Shown here piece by piece: positions 49,858-60,248 of a stretch of 64,000 nucleotides of DNA. The notes under the pieces were generated by a model, which did not search any database, was not told the origin of the DNA, and saw only the letters and a list, made by a program, of their open reading frames with translations. Every line of letters starts with the position of its first letter. The first letter of the stretch is position 1. This DNA is from Armatimonadota bacterium (GTDB taxonomy: Bacteria > Armatimonadota > HRBIN16), in assembly GCA_963677485.1 (NCBI GenBank), contig OY781964.1:832001-896000 (forward strand), read 5' to 3'. The position numbers were made by a program, and so were the translations under genes.

Positions 49858-50413
49858 TGTCGGCCTCCGTGCTTTCAGTAACCACAGGTGCGGTAGTGTC
49901 AAACTTCCGTGCCCATGGGATAAGCTTCTTGGCATCTTTGCCGCGCATCGCTGCGGTACCTTCAATGGTCTTCAGAGCCTGAAGAGCCTTGATGGTAGCC
50001 CAGGCGACGTTAATGGCATTGGTAGAACCAAGGCACTTGGCGAGGACGTCCTTCACCCCTGCGGCAACTAGGATACTGCGGCAGGAGGTACCAGCCACGA
50101 CTCCCGTTCCCGGGGCGGCCGGCTTCAGAAGAACGATGGAGCTGCCGTGGTGCGCTGTGATCTCATGAGGGATGGTGTGTCCAATGATGGGCACTTCAAT
50201 CATCCGCTTTTTGGCATCTTCTGCACCTTTGCGAATGGCATCAGGAACAGCGCGGGCCTTGCCCACACCTGCGCCCACATGCCCTTCGCCGTCACCAACC
50301 ACTACCAGGCTGTTAAAGCTCATGGTACGTCCACCCTTATGGGTCTTCTGAACACGGTTGGTCTTGACAACCACTTCTTGAAGGTTCATGATATCAGGGT
50401 TGATATGTGCCAT
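49850..50413 (-). CDS. rpsE: 30S ribosomal protein S5
   Basis: NRVQK..KGGR, VVVGDG.G, AIRK, PAAPGTGVVAG; start re-called at ATG 50413. Confidence 0.96.
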   Translation of the reverse strand: MAHINPDIMNLQEVVVKTNRVQKTHKGGRTMSFNSLVVVGDGEGHVGAGVGKARAVPDAIRKGAEDAKKRMIEVPIIGHTIPHEITAHHGSSIVLLKPAAPGTGVVAGTSCRSILVAAGVKDVLAKCLGSTNAINVAWATIKALQALKTIEGTAAMRGKDAKKLIPWARKFDTTAPVVTESTEADNE

Positions 50414-50414
50414 C

Positions 50415-50792
50415 TTAGAACTGTAGCCCTCCTTCACGAGCGCCATCGGCAAGAGCTTTCACGCGGCCATGGTACTGGTAACCGCCGCGGTCAAAGACCA
50501 CGAGGCCGATACCAGCCTGCTTGGCTCGGTCGGCTACTAGCTTCCCAACCGCGGTTGCGGCCTCCTGGTTGCCAGTTTTTGCCACACTCTGCTTCACTTC
50601 AGGCTCTAGACTAGATGCGCTGCACAGAGTGACACCCTGCACGTCGTCAATCAACTGAGCATAGATATATTTCAAGCTGCGGAATACACACAGCCGAGGA
50701 CACTCGGCGGTTCCGCGGATTTTCTTGCGTACCCGATCGTGTCGCAACTTACGCGCACGTTCGGAGGCTGCCATGTTACGGTATTTTATCAT
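50415..50792 (-). CDS. rplR: 50S ribosomal protein L18
   Basis: [31 protein letters not shown]. Confidence 0.96.
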   Translation of the reverse strand: MIKYRNMAASERARKLRHDRVRKKIRGTAECPRLCVFRSLKYIYAQLIDDVQGVTLCSASSLEPEVKQSVAKTGNQEAATAVGKLVADRAKQAGIGLVVFDRGGYQYHGRVKALADGAREGGLQF

Positions 50793-50795
50793 GGT

Positions 50796-51368
50796 CTATT
50801 TCTTCCCTTTACCGCCGGCCTTACCGCTCTTACCAGCCTTGCGGCGTATCACTTCTCCGCGATAGCGGACTCCCTTACCTTTGTAAGGTTCCGGTGAGCG
50901 CAGGCTACGGATCTGAGCGGCCTGCTGACCCACGTTCTCTTTGTTAATCCCGTTGACAACCACGAAGGGCATACGGGTAGCGTTGTCCATACCAGTTTCA
51001 AAGCTGATCCCCTCAAGAGGGGTCACATCAATGGTATGAGAATAGCCCAGGCTCATGACGAGTTTTCCGTCTTTGGCCTCAGCACGGTACCCAACGCCGA
51101 CGATGTCAAGAATTCGCTTGTATCCGACAGAAACTCCAACAATCATATTGTTAAGCAACGCGCGGGTCAAGCCATGAAAAGCTCGGTGTAAGCGCTGATC
51201 GGTGGGGCGCTCAACCATTACCTTATTATCTTCGATACGGACTAGCATATCCGGATTGATACTCCGGCTCAGCTCGCCCTTCGGTCCCATTACCTTGACG
51301 AAACCTGGTTGAATTTCCAAGGTTACGCCGGCAGGGATCGGGATGGGTAGTTTTCCAATACGAGACAT
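50796..51368 (-). CDS. rplF: 50S ribosomal protein L6
   Basis: MSRIGK.P, GVGYRA, PEPYKGKG. Confidence 0.97.
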   Translation of the reverse strand: MSRIGKLPIPIPAGVTLEIQPGFVKVMGPKGELSRSINPDMLVRIEDNKVMVERPTDQRLHRAFHGLTRALLNNMIVGVSVGYKRILDIVGVGYRAEAKDGKLVMSLGYSHTIDVTPLEGISFETGMDNATRMPFVVVNGINKENVGQQAAQIRSLRSPEPYKGKGVRYRGEVIRRKAGKSGKAGGKGKK

Positions 51369-51400
51369 TTACAGTATCCTCCTCACCTGCTCTGTTCGGC

Positions 51401-51811
51401 TTACCAGACCTCGCAAAGCACTTCTCCGCCCACGCCTAGGCGCTTGGCTACTCGCTCAGTCATACAGCCGTGTGATGTGCTGACAATGGCAATGCCAAAG
51501 CCCTTCATCACGGGTTGCATGTCTTTCGCTTTGATGTAGAGGCGCAAGCCGGGTTTTGAGATGCGCTTGAGGTTGGTAATAGCGCGATCACGAACAGGTC
51601 CGCGTCGCAGGCCGTACTTCATGTACAGGCGCAAGCGGTTCTGGGGTTTAGCTTCGATGACTTCGTAGCCCTTGATGAAGCCTTCCTCTTTGAGGATACG
51701 GGCAATCTCTACCTTTATCTTGGAAGAGTCCATTTCCAAAGAGTCATGATAGACCACATTCGCGTTGCGGATGCGTGTAAGCATATCCGCAATGGGATCT
51801 GTGACAGGCAT
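51401..51811 (-). CDS. rpsH: 30S ribosomal protein S8
   Basis: DPIADMLTRIRNA, ISKPGLR, GGEVLC.VW. Confidence 0.97.
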   Translation of the reverse strand: MPVTDPIADMLTRIRNANVVYHDSLEMDSSKIKVEIARILKEEGFIKGYEVIEAKPQNRLRLYMKYGLRRGPVRDRAITNLKRISKPGLRLYIKAKDMQPVMKGFGIAIVSTSHGCMTERVAKRLGVGGEVLCEVW

Positions 51812-51932
51812 GTTGTTCTCCTAGTCTCATGCAGTGACGGTACTGGGACGGTCAGTTGCGCGCCTGTCGGCACGGCTGAGGTATCCCATACCTCCAAGGT
51901 TCGAACGGGTTTAACCCGTTAACAAGGGCGCT

Positions 51933-52118
51933 CTACCAGGATGCTTTATGCACACCGGGAAGCTGCCCGCGATGAGCGAGTTCGCGCAGGCATATTCGGC
52001 ATAGGCCAAATTTGCGATGGTATCCGTGAGCTCGTCCGCAGACACTGCAGCGATTGTACTCACGTACCTTAAACTTCGGTTTCCGCGCCGCCTTTAGAAT
52101 CAGGCAATGCTTAGCCAA
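51933..52118 (-). CDS. rpsN: 30S ribosomal protein S14 type Z
   Basis: PKFKVR.YNRC..CGR...[20 protein letters not shown]; TTG start after GGAGG. Confidence 0.96.
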   Translation of the reverse strand: MAKHCLILKAARKPKFKVREYNRCSVCGRAHGYHRKFGLCRICLRELAHRGQLPGVHKASW

Positions 52119-52201
52119 TTTTAGTCCTCCGTATTCAGGGCTTATCAAGCCATACCTTCTCGTCATACGTAGATACGCAGTACGACAAAGGCACGACTCA
52201 T

Positions 52202-52250
52202 ATTCTACAACATTTCCGGGTACATTGAAAGGCGGCCGAAGCCGCCTTTC
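52202..52250 (-). terminator. Hairpin after EF-G paralogue, overlapping a probable promoter for rpsN
   Basis: GAAAGGCGGC-TTCG-GCCGCCTTTC at 52227-52250; TTTCAA-17 nt-TAGAAT with -10 at 52202-52207. Confidence 0.6.
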
Positions 52251-52282
52251 TCTCATTTTTCAGATTCACCTTAAAGTCCAGG

Positions 52283-54361
52283 CTACTCAGCCTGTGCTTT
52301 TTCCCGTTCCTTCTTATAAACCTCAATGATTTTTGAGGCTACCATGTTGGGAACTTCGTCATAATGGTCTACCGTTGCGGTAAATACACCCATTCCACGG
52401 GTGATGGCGCGCAGATCGACCGCATATTTCAGCATTTCGGACTGAGGCACCATAGCGGTGACCTTCTGTTTGCCACCCTCCATGCTCTCCATCCCAAGTA
52501 CCCGGCCCCGTTTGCCATTGAAGTCACTCATCACTTCACCCATGTTGGCTTTGGGTATGGTGACCTCTACCTTCATCACGGGCTCAAGCAGCACGGGATT
52601 CGCCAGGTTCACCACGTTGTTGAACCCAATCACGCCAGCTTGCTGGAAAGCCGCATCCGAGCTGTCGACTGCATGAACGGAGCCGTCATCAACGGTCACC
52701 TTACAGTCCACCACCGGATAACCGGCCAGAACGCCTCGGTCCATCGCGGTACGGACGCCCTTCTCTACGGACGGGATATAGTTCTTAGGAATGGATCCAC
52801 CAAATATCTCATCCACGAACATAAATCCTTCACCTCGCGGTAAAGGCTCTATACGCAGCCAACAGTCGCCAAACTGTCCACGACCGCCTGTTTGCTTCTT
52901 GTGGCGGCCCTGAGCACGTGCTTTACCGGTGATGGTCTCCTTGTAGGGGATGCGAATCTCTTCGCTCTCCACTGCGGTGCCAAACTTGCGCTTCATACGG
53001 GCTACGATCACGTCCAGATGGGTGTCGCCCAAGCCACTGATGATCGTCTGACCAGTGATCGGATCGCGATGGTGCCCAAATGTGGGATCTTCTTCTGCGA
53101 TCTTTTGAATGGCACTACTCAGTCGGTCTTCGTCAGCCTTTGTGGTCGCCTTAACCGCCAGGTGGTAACAGTCCGCCGGGAATTCAGTCGGCGGATAGAT
53201 AATCGGCTTGGCCTTATCGCTAAGGGTGTCACTGGTATGGGTGAACTGGAGTTTGGCAAGCGCTGCGATATCGCCAGGCCCCACAGAAGGGGTGTTAGCT
53301 TGAACCTTGCCCCGCACATAAAACACCGATCCTACCCGTTCATCTTTTCCACTGTTGGCATTCAGAACATGAGAATCACTTTTCATCGTTCCACTCATCA
53401 CTTTGAAGTAAGTGATTTTGCCCACGAATGGGTCAGAAGTGGTTTTGAACACAAATGCTGATAATGGCTCAGACTCTAAGGCCTTGCGGGATTCGGCGGC
53501 TTGAGTCACGGGGTTGATGCCCTCGGCCACTGGGTTCACATTTGGTGAAGGCAGCAGCTCGAATATCAAATCAATAAACGCCTGCATACCGACGCCGGTG
53601 GTCGATGAGCCGCAAGCGATGGGATAGACCTTACCAGCGGTGATACTTGCGGCAAGCCCCTGCTCCACCTCTTCGGTCGAGAGCTCGCCAGTGTCCAGGT
53701 ATTTTTCCATTAACTCGTCGCTGCCCTCGGCAGCGGCTTCTGTAATCCATTCACGGTAGGTGGCGATATCAGGATCGATATCTTCACTGACGTCAGATAC
53801 ACCCTCTTTAGTGTAGGATTTCATGGTAAGAATATTGATGACACCACTGAATGATGATTCTTGGCCTATTGGAATAATGACGGGGACCATGCCGGAACCG
53901 CACAATGCGCGATATTCCTTCACACGAGCTGAAAAATCAGCGTTTTCGCGATCCATCTTGTTCACAAAGATGATACCTGGCAGCGCACGGCTCTTGATGC
54001 GGTCCCAGCCGATCTCAAAACCGACTTCTGGTGCCACTGAAGCACGGGAAACCAAAATCGCACTGTCGACAACGCGGAGTGCGCCGTAGACATCGCCGGA
54101 GAAGTCGAGGAAACCTGGGGTGTCCAGGATGTTGATTTTACCCGATGGTGTGACCACCGGTAACACTGAAGTATTAATACTAATTTTGCGCTTTTTTTCG
54201 TCTTCGTCAAAGTCAGACAATGTCGAACCATCATCTACCCTGCCTAGCCGTTCTATATTACCGGCAGCGAACAAAAGAGCCTCGGCAAGACTGGTTTTAC
54301 CAGCTCCACCGTGACCGAGAAATGCCACGTTACGAATCGCATCGATACCAACCTGTTTCAT
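52283..54361 (-). CDS. Elongation factor G paralogue (EF-G2/FusA2-like)
   Basis: GHGGAGKTS, divergent G2 [38 protein letters not shown] and LLEPVM motifs; 692 aa. Confidence 0.93.
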   Translation of the reverse strand: MKQVGIDAIRNVAFLGHGGAGKTSLAEALLFAAGNIERLGRVDDGSTLSDFDEDEKKRKISINTSVLPVVTPSGKINILDTPGFLDFSGDVYGALRVVDSAILVSRASVAPEVGFEIGWDRIKSRALPGIIFVNKMDRENADFSARVKEYRALCGSGMVPVIIPIGQESSFSGVINILTMKSYTKEGVSDVSEDIDPDIATYREWITEAAAEGSDELMEKYLDTGELSTEEVEQGLAASITAGKVYPIACGSSTTGVGMQAFIDLIFELLPSPNVNPVAEGINPVTQAAESRKALESEPLSAFVFKTTSDPFVGKITYFKVMSGTMKSDSHVLNANSGKDERVGSVFYVRGKVQANTPSVGPGDIAALAKLQFTHTSDTLSDKAKPIIYPPTEFPADCYHLAVKATTKADEDRLSSAIQKIAEEDPTFGHHRDPITGQTIISGLGDTHLDVIVARMKRKFGTAVESEEIRIPYKETITGKARAQGRHKKQTGGRGQFGDCWLRIEPLPRGEGFMFVDEIFGGSIPKNYIPSVEKGVRTAMDRGVLAGYPVVDCKVTVDDGSVHAVDSSDAAFQQAGVIGFNNVVNLANPVLLEPVMKVEVTIPKANMGEVMSDFNGKRGRVLGMESMEGGKQKVTAMVPQSEMLKYAVDLRAITRGMGVFTATVDHYDEVPNMVASKIIEVYKKEREKAQAE

Positions 54362-54485
54362 GATCCGCCTCCAAAAACAGAATATAGTGCTGGTGACTGC
54401 GAAACCCTCAATACCGTCTCACCCGACCGCGCTAAGCGCGGCCGGGCGATAAAGTTTTGAGATTGTCAAGGTATGACATTATACG

Positions 54486-54519
54486 AAAAACCCGATCAGG
54501 ATTGTTCCCGATCGGGTTT
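54486..54519 (-). terminator. Intrinsic terminator directly after rplE
   Basis: Minus strand AAACCCGATCGGGA-ACAA-TCCTGATCGGGTTTTT. Confidence 0.75.
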
Positions 54520-54523
54520 AGCT

Positions 54524-55078
54524 TTACTTCTTCTCGAATGGAACCCCCATGGCGCGGAGCAGCTCCCTGGCCTCTTCGTCCGTCTTCGCGGAGGTAACAA
54601 CACAGATATCTAAACCGCGGACGCGGTCTACTGTATCGTAACTGATCTCCGGGAACACGGTTTGGTCCTTCATACCGGTAGAGAAGTTCCCACGGCCGTC
54701 GAAAGATTTCAACGACAAGCCCTGGAAGTCTCTAACTCGGGCGAGGGCCACGGTCATCCACTTATCAAGGAAATCATACATAGCATTTCCTCGCAGGGTG
54801 ACCTTGGTACCAATTTTATGGCCTTCACGGATTTTGAAGTTCGAAATTGCTTTGCGAGCCACGCACACCACCGGCTTTTGGCCGGAAATCGCGGTAAGGT
54901 CTCGCACAGCACCTTCAATTGTCTTCGGATCAGAGTCGCCCGTACCCACGCCCATGTTAATAACCACTTTAAGCAGTCTAGGCACTTCCATTTTACTGGA
55001 GTAGTTGAACTTCTCTTGCAGCTTTGCAGCTACTTCCGTTTCGAGCTTGGTTCTAAGTCTCGGGATATATTCACCCAT
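54524..55078 (-). CDS. rplE: 50S ribosomal protein L5
   Basis: KVVINMGVG, ISGQKP, KVTLRG, FDGRGN. Confidence 0.97.
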   Translation of the reverse strand: MGEYIPRLRTKLETEVAAKLQEKFNYSSKMEVPRLLKVVINMGVGTGDSDPKTIEGAVRDLTAISGQKPVVCVARKAISNFKIREGHKIGTKVTLRGNAMYDFLDKWMTVALARVRDFQGLSLKSFDGRGNFSTGMKDQTVFPEISYDTVDRVRGLDICVVTSAKTDEEARELLRAMGVPFEKK

Positions 55079-55081
55079 TTG

Positions 55082-55441
55082 TTACACCGACCCAATGAAC
55101 TCGTTGCACTTTTTGCATCGGCGGACGCGTTTCTCGCCCACCAAACCCATCTCGACCCGGGTAGCTTTGCTGCAGTGCGGGCATACAAGCATCACGTTAG
55201 ACACGTGAAGTGGTGCTGGCTTGCTAATACGGCCCGTCTGGCTTTCTGGCATCGCACGGTTCTGGTTCGTGGACTTCTGGTGACGGATCACCATATTACA
55301 GCCCTCGATCATAACCCTGGTCTGCTTGGGCATAGCATGGATGATCTTCCCACGCTTGCCCTTATCTTTTCCTGCGATGATCTCCACTGTGTCGCCTTTG
55401 CGAACTTTCATGGGTTTCACTGCTGTATTGTTCTTGTTCAC
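55082..55441 (-). CDS. rplX: 50S ribosomal protein L24
   Basis: KGDTVEIIAGKDKGKRG, HVSNVML; GTG start after GGAGG. Confidence 0.95.
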   Translation of the reverse strand: MNKNNTAVKPMKVRKGDTVEIIAGKDKGKRGKIIHAMPKQTRVMIEGCNMVIRHQKSTNQNRAMPESQTGRISKPAPLHVSNVMLVCPHCSKATRVEMGLVGEKRVRRCKKCNEFIGSV

Positions 55442-55457
55442 GGCCTCAGCTTCCTCC

Positions 55458-55826
55458 TTACAGAACCTCTGGAGCCAGAGAGATGACACGCATATACGCT
55501 CGTTCGCGCAGTTCGCGTGCTACCGGCCCAAAGATACGGGTTCCGCGGGGTTCCCTGTTGTTGTTAATGACAACGGCCGCGTTTTCGTCGAAACGGAGCA
55601 TAGAGCCGTCTTTGCGCTTGATGGGCTGACGAGTACGAACCACTACCGCTTTGACTACTTCGCTCTTCTTGACGAGCATACCAGGAGTAGCACTTTTTAC
55701 AACTGCCACAATGATATCCCCGACACGAGCGTAGCGTGTGCTGGAACCCTTCAGAACCCGAATGCACATTAGCTCTTTTGCACCGCTATTATCGGCGGCA
55801 CGCAGCCTCGTGTAAATCTGGATCAT
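55458..55826 (-). CDS. rplN: 50S ribosomal protein L14
   Basis: [34 protein letters not shown]. Confidence 0.97.
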   Translation of the reverse strand: MIQIYTRLRAADNSGAKELMCIRVLKGSSTRYARVGDIIVAVVKSATPGMLVKKSEVVKAVVVRTRQPIKRKDGSMLRFDENAAVVINNNREPRGTRIFGPVARELRERAYMRVISLAPEVL

Positions 55827-55840
55827 TTATCAGCCCTCCC

Positions 55841-56116
55841 TTACTTGGCCTTCTCAACGACCCGGGCGACGCGCCAGCACTTAGTTTTGCTAAGAGGCCT
55901 CGTCTCCATGATCTCCACGATGTCACCCACACCACACGAGTTTAGTTCGTCGTGAGCGTGGAATCGGACGGTCTTCTTGACCGTCTTTCCGTATAGCGGG
56001 TGTCGAAAGCGATTTTCGACCACCACGACCACGGTCTTGTCCATCTTATCGCTGACAACTCGGCCCTGGCGCAGTTTGCGTCGGGCACGGGTCAGTTCGT
56101 TGGTAACCTCGGTCAT
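55841..56116 (-). CDS. rpsQ: 30S ribosomal protein S17
   Basis: [27 protein letters not shown]. Confidence 0.97.
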   Translation of the reverse strand: MTEVTNELTRARRKLRQGRVVSDKMDKTVVVVVENRFRHPLYGKTVKKTVRFHAHDELNSCGVGDIVEIMETRPLSKTKCWRVARVVEKAK

Positions 56117-56134
56117 CTATATCTCCTCTACGCT

Positions 56135-56338
56135 TTACGCGCCGGCAGACTTCTCGGTGATGATAGTCATAATCCGCGCCACGTTGTTTCGTGTCACAGC
56201 AATGCTGGCGGTATCGGTGAGCTTACGAAGCGCTGCGTTCTGCCTAAGCGTAAACATGCGCTCTTGCTGCTCTTTAAGCGTCTGCTGCAGTTCCTGATGG
56301 TTCAGTTTCCGCAACTCCGCTGGCTTCAGTGATTTCAT
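56135..56338 (-). CDS. rpmC: 50S ribosomal protein L29
   Basis: [19 protein letters not shown]; conserved position. Confidence 0.9.
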   Translation of the reverse strand: MKSLKPAELRKLNHQELQQTLKEQQERMFTLRQNAALRKLTDTASIAVTRNNVARIMTIITEKSAGA

Positions 56339-56759
56339 TGTTCACCTCGAAGTCACGTCGTGTGACGAACTTTGTCTTGATGGGCAGTTTGTACTGCGCC
56401 AGTCTCATAGCGGCCTTGGCCACGTCTTCTGTAACTCCAGACATCTCAAAGAGAATTCGGTCTGGCTTCACGACGGCCACCCAGCCTTCGGGAGCACCCT
56501 TACCGGAACCCATACGGGTTTCGGCAGGTTTTTTGGTGTAGCTCTTATCCGGGAAAATCCGGATCCAAATCTGTCCACCACGCTTGATATGCCTGGTCAT
56601 GGCGATACGGGCGGCTTCGATCTGGTTATTAGTCATCCAGCAGCTCTCCACTGCCTGTAATGCGTAATCGCCAAATGCGATGTAGTTACCGGAGGTCGCT
56701 CGTCCCCTTCGGTGACCGCGATGTACTTTTCGGTGTTTGACCCTTTTAGGCATCAACAT
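56274..56759 (-). CDS. rplP: 50S ribosomal protein L16
   Basis: [33 protein letters not shown]; start re-called at ATG 56759. Confidence 0.96.
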   Translation of the reverse strand: MLMPKRVKHRKVHRGHRRGRATSGNYIAFGDYALQAVESCWMTNNQIEAARIAMTRHIKRGGQIWIRIFPDKSYTKKPAETRMGSGKGAPEGWVAVVKPDRILFEMSGVTEDVAKAAMRLAQYKLPIKTKFVTRRDFEVNNEITEASGVAETEPSGTAADA

Positions 56760-57627
56760 TGCCAGTACGCCTCCTTCCAGTATTCTGATCGCCTCTGCGA
56801 GCACCACCAGCACCACCACCACGGTTTGCGCTGTTGTTGTTACGCGGGCGACGATCACCACGACGTTCACGTCGGTCGCCATCTCTGCCTTTTTCATTAG
56901 CAGGAACGCCAACCATCTTCACACGTTCGCCCGGCATCACATCTCCGCGATAAACCCATACCTTAACGCCAATATTGCCGTATGTGGTAGGAGCCTCGCT
57001 CAATGCGTAATCCACGTCTGCACGAATTGTCTGCAGCGGGATCTTACCGTCTTTCATCACTTCGGTTCGCGCCATTTCACTGCCGCCTAAACGGCCTGCG
57101 CAGCGAATTTTCACGCCTTGAACACCAGCGCGGTTACAGCGCATGATGCCCTGACGCATCGCTCGCTTGAAGCTGACACGGCGGGTGATCTGCTGAGCCA
57201 CGTTGTCCGCAACCAGTTGAGCGTGACGATCGGGGTTACCAATCTCTTCAACATGAACGCGCACATCGGTAAGTGGCCTGACATCCTTGGCATGAGATGC
57301 ACGATGCGGGAATGCAGGGTCAAGCAACAGAGTCAGAGCTCTGCGCAAGTCTTCAATTCCCTTGCTCTGGCGGCCGATGACCATACCGGGCTTCGCGGAG
57401 AAGATCGTCACGTCCACGCGGTTAGGCATGGGGCGGCTGATCTCCACACAGGCGATACCGGCATTAGCCAGCTCCGCTCGCTTCTTAGGCAGCGTCTTTA
57501 GGATGAATTTACGGATACTATGATCCTCTTTCACCCACTGAGCGTAGCCCTTTGCGGAAAACCAGTGGCTGGTGTAGTCACGAATAATGCCTACACGAAA
57601 GCCGATCGGATTGATTTTCTGTCCCAA
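56746..57627 (-). CDS. rpsC: 30S ribosomal protein S3
   Basis: [44 protein letters not shown]. Confidence 0.97.
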   Translation of the reverse strand: MGQKINPIGFRVGIIRDYTSHWFSAKGYAQWVKEDHSIRKFILKTLPKKRAELANAGIACVEISRPMPNRVDVTIFSAKPGMVIGRQSKGIEDLRRALTLLLDPAFPHRASHAKDVRPLTDVRVHVEEIGNPDRHAQLVADNVAQQITRRVSFKRAMRQGIMRCNRAGVQGVKIRCAGRLGGSEMARTEVMKDGKIPLQTIRADVDYALSEAPTTYGNIGVKVWVYRGDVMPGERVKMVGVPANEKGRDGDRRERRGDRRPRNNNSANRGGGAGGARRGDQNTGRRRTGNVDA

Positions 57628-57649
57628 ACTGAACCTCCCTCAGGCCGCT

Positions 57650-58063
57650 CTACTCTGTAGTTTCGGCGGGCTGAGCCGCTTGTGCGGTGCGTGTTTTACG
57701 ATTGACCCTCTTAGCGCGGGGAACCTCGTTCACCTCGACCGTGATATGCACCATCGGTTTGATAATCGGATAAGCGCGCCCCATGCTGCGTGGGTGAATC
57801 CGCTTCAAGCGGGGACCTTCATCCACGGTGCATCTGGTTATCATCAACGCGCTTTCATCTATTGCTTCACCTTTGGTTACAGCCTGATCCATGGTGTTCG
57901 CAGCGGCGCTGTGAACAACCTTGTAAATCACGGCAGCAGAACGCTGCGGGCTGAACTTCAGGAATTGAAGTGCTTCTTCTACGTACTTACCCCGTACCGC
58001 ATCAATCACTAGACGCGATTTCTTAGGGGACAGTCGTACAAACTTTGCGATTGCCTGAGCCAT
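57650..58063 (-). CDS. rplV: 50S ribosomal protein L22
   Basis: RLSPKK.RLV, SAAAN, VDEGP.LKR..PR..GRA, HITV. Confidence 0.96.
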   Translation of the reverse strand: MAQAIAKFVRLSPKKSRLVIDAVRGKYVEEALQFLKFSPQRSAAVIYKVVHSAAANTMDQAVTKGEAIDESALMITRCTVDEGPRLKRIHPRSMGRAYPIIKPMVHITVEVNEVPRAKRVNRKTRTAQAAQPAETTE

Positions 58064-58075
58064 TTGCGTCCTCCC

Positions 58076-58360
58076 CTATTTCTTGCGCGTCGTACGGTCG
58101 TTTTGGCCGGCGTGACCCCTGAACATGCGTGTTGGCGCAAATTCACCGAGTTTGTGACCGACCATGTTTTCCGTGACGAACACAGGTATATGCTTGCGCC
58201 CATCATGCACAGCCAGGGTATGCCCCAGCATTAACGGCAGGATGGTGCTCCGGCGAGACCAGGTCTTTATGATCTTCTTCTCGCCAGCGCTGTTCATCGC
58301 TTCTATCTTGGTGACAAGTGTGGCCTCTGCGTATGGGCCTTTCTTGATCGAACGTGCCAT
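58076..58360 (-). CDS. rpsS: 30S ribosomal protein S19
   Basis: [27 protein letters not shown]. Confidence 0.97.
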   Translation of the reverse strand: MARSIKKGPYAEATLVTKIEAMNSAGEKKIIKTWSRRSTILPLMLGHTLAVHDGRKHIPVFVTENMVGHKLGEFAPTRMFRGHAGQNDRTTRKK

Positions 58361-58437
58361 GAGTGTTACTCCTATAGGATACTAACCCAGCTCTGGGGGC
58401 GAGTAAACTCGCCCCACACTCCATTTCGGAGTCTGGC

Positions 58438-59271
58438 CTACTTCTTGTTTCGTCCTCGGACGATATACTTGTCGGTAGACTTATTGTTACGGGTCTTTTT
58501 GCCCAAAGCCGGTTTACCCCAAGGAGTGACAGGGCCACCCTTGCGACCTACCGGTGCCTTACCCTCACCACCACCATGTGGGTGGTCACAGGGGTTCATA
58601 GCCGAACCACGTACATGTGGTCGGCGTCCCAGGTAGCGAGTCTTACCCGCTTTACCCAGTGATTCATTCTCGTGCTCGATATGGCCAACTTGACCAATCG
58701 ATGCTCGACAGTTTATGTGAACCATGCGCACTTCGCCGGATGGAAGGCGAATTTGGCTATAGGAGCCTTCTTTCGCTACCAACTGAGCCGACACGCCTGC
58801 ACCACGCACAAGCTGAGCTCCACGGTTGGGCTGAAGTTCAATACAGTGAATAACTGTACCTACAGGAATACACCTGATGGGTAAGCTGTTGCCAGGACGG
58901 ATATCCGCCTCATCACTATTATAAACTTTATCGTCAACCTTAAGACCAACGGGGCTGATGATGTATCTCTTCTCGCCGTCTTCGAACTGGATAAGGGCGA
59001 TACGCGCGCTTCGGTTTGGATCGTACTCTACCGATAATACGGTGGCCGCCATATCTAATTTATTCCGCATGAAGTCAATGATACGGTACCGTCGCTTGGC
59101 ACCACCGCCACGGTGGCGGCAGGTGATTTTTCCCTGGTTGTTACGTCCACCAGTTCTTTTTACTGTACCAAGCAACGACTTCTCGGGCTTAGATGTGGTG
59201 ATTTCCACGAAATCGGCCACAGCCATATGACGTAATGATGGCGTCGTCGGCTTATACTGTTTGATAGGCAT
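58438..59271 (-). CDS. rplB: 50S ribosomal protein L2
   Basis: [32 protein letters not shown]. Confidence 0.98.
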   Translation of the reverse strand: MPIKQYKPTTPSLRHMAVADFVEITTSKPEKSLLGTVKRTGGRNNQGKITCRHRGGGAKRRYRIIDFMRNKLDMAATVLSVEYDPNRSARIALIQFEDGEKRYIISPVGLKVDDKVYNSDEADIRPGNSLPIRCIPVGTVIHCIELQPNRGAQLVRGAGVSAQLVAKEGSYSQIRLPSGEVRMVHINCRASIGQVGHIEHENESLGKAGKTRYLGRRPHVRGSAMNPCDHPHGGGEGKAPVGRKGGPVTPWGKPALGKKTRNNKSTDKYIVRGRNKK

Positions 59272-59316
59272 TTGTAGCCTCCTGTTTTTTCCAGCTACAC
59301 CTGAAGACCTGTCAGC

Positions 59317-59610
59317 TTACGATATCTCGAAGATATCGATCTGCTGTCCAGCCTTCACGCGTATGATGGCCTTTTTGAATTTCGGGGTCATCCCCAGCGG
59401 ACCTCGGCCTGTCCGTTTGGCTCGTCCGTGGTCGACGAGTGTGTTTACACTCACTACGTCTACCTTGTAAAGAGCCTTTATTGCTTGGGCGATCTCTATT
59501 TTATTGGCATGAAGCGACACCACGAAGGTGTAGCTGTTGCAGCTCTGAATAAGGTCTGTCGACTGTTCAGTAACTACAGGTGCCAGAATGATGTCGTGTG
59601 GGCTTTTCAT
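59317..59610 (-). CDS. rplW: 50S ribosomal protein L23
   Basis: P.VTE, ANKIEI, VNT, KKAI; conserved position. Confidence 0.93.
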   Translation of the reverse strand: MKSPHDIILAPVVTEQSTDLIQSCNSYTFVVSLHANKIEIAQAIKALYKVDVVSVNTLVDHGRAKRTGRGPLGMTPKFKKAIIRVKAGQQIDIFEIS

Positions 59611-60242
59611 TACTTAGCACAAACCCCCTGCATTGTCTCCAATGCACTCACGGTGGCCACGATGGTTCCGGCCAGCACGATATCTCGCACCGACACGTTT
59701 GGAGCGTGGCGAACCTGCACACCAGGAATATTGCGGAATGACTTGTAAGCCACGACATCATATTCCGGCAGCAAAATCAGAACGCGCTTTGTGGTCGCAC
59801 CAAGTGCAGCAAGCATCTGGATGGCATCCTTCGTCCTGGGGGCATCAAACTTAATTTGATCCACTGCAACGAAAGAACCGGACTCAAGCTTGGCACTCAA
59901 TACAGACCGCAGCGCAGCATGCCGCATCTTGCGGGGCATATCCTTGCCGTAATCTCTATTATGAGGGCCAAACGTGACGCCACCATGATACCAGTGCGGT
60001 GCACGAGTCGATCCCTGTCGGGCCCGACCAGTACCCTTCTGTCGCCATGGCTTTTTGCCACCACCACTCACTTCGCCGCGAGTTTTGGTTTCGTGCGTAC
60101 CCTGCCGTCTGTTGGCTTCTTCCACCACGACGGCCATATGCGCCAGGTCGGGGCGAGCAGGTACGGAGTAAACCGCATCATTCAGCTCGGCATCGGTGTT
60201 AACCGGCTGCCCAGCCATGTTCATTACTTTGATAGTTGCCAT
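59610..60242 (-). CDS. rplD: 50S ribosomal protein L4
   Basis: [31 protein letters not shown]. Confidence 0.97.
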   Translation of the reverse strand: MATIKVMNMAGQPVNTDAELNDAVYSVPARPDLAHMAVVVEEANRRQGTHETKTRGEVSGGGKKPWRQKGTGRARQGSTRAPHWYHGGVTFGPHNRDYGKDMPRKMRHAALRSVLSAKLESGSFVAVDQIKFDAPRTKDAIQMLAALGATTKRVLILLPEYDVVAYKSFRNIPGVQVRHAPNVSVRDIVLAGTIVATVSALETMQGVCAK

Positions 60243-60248
60243 CGCGCC

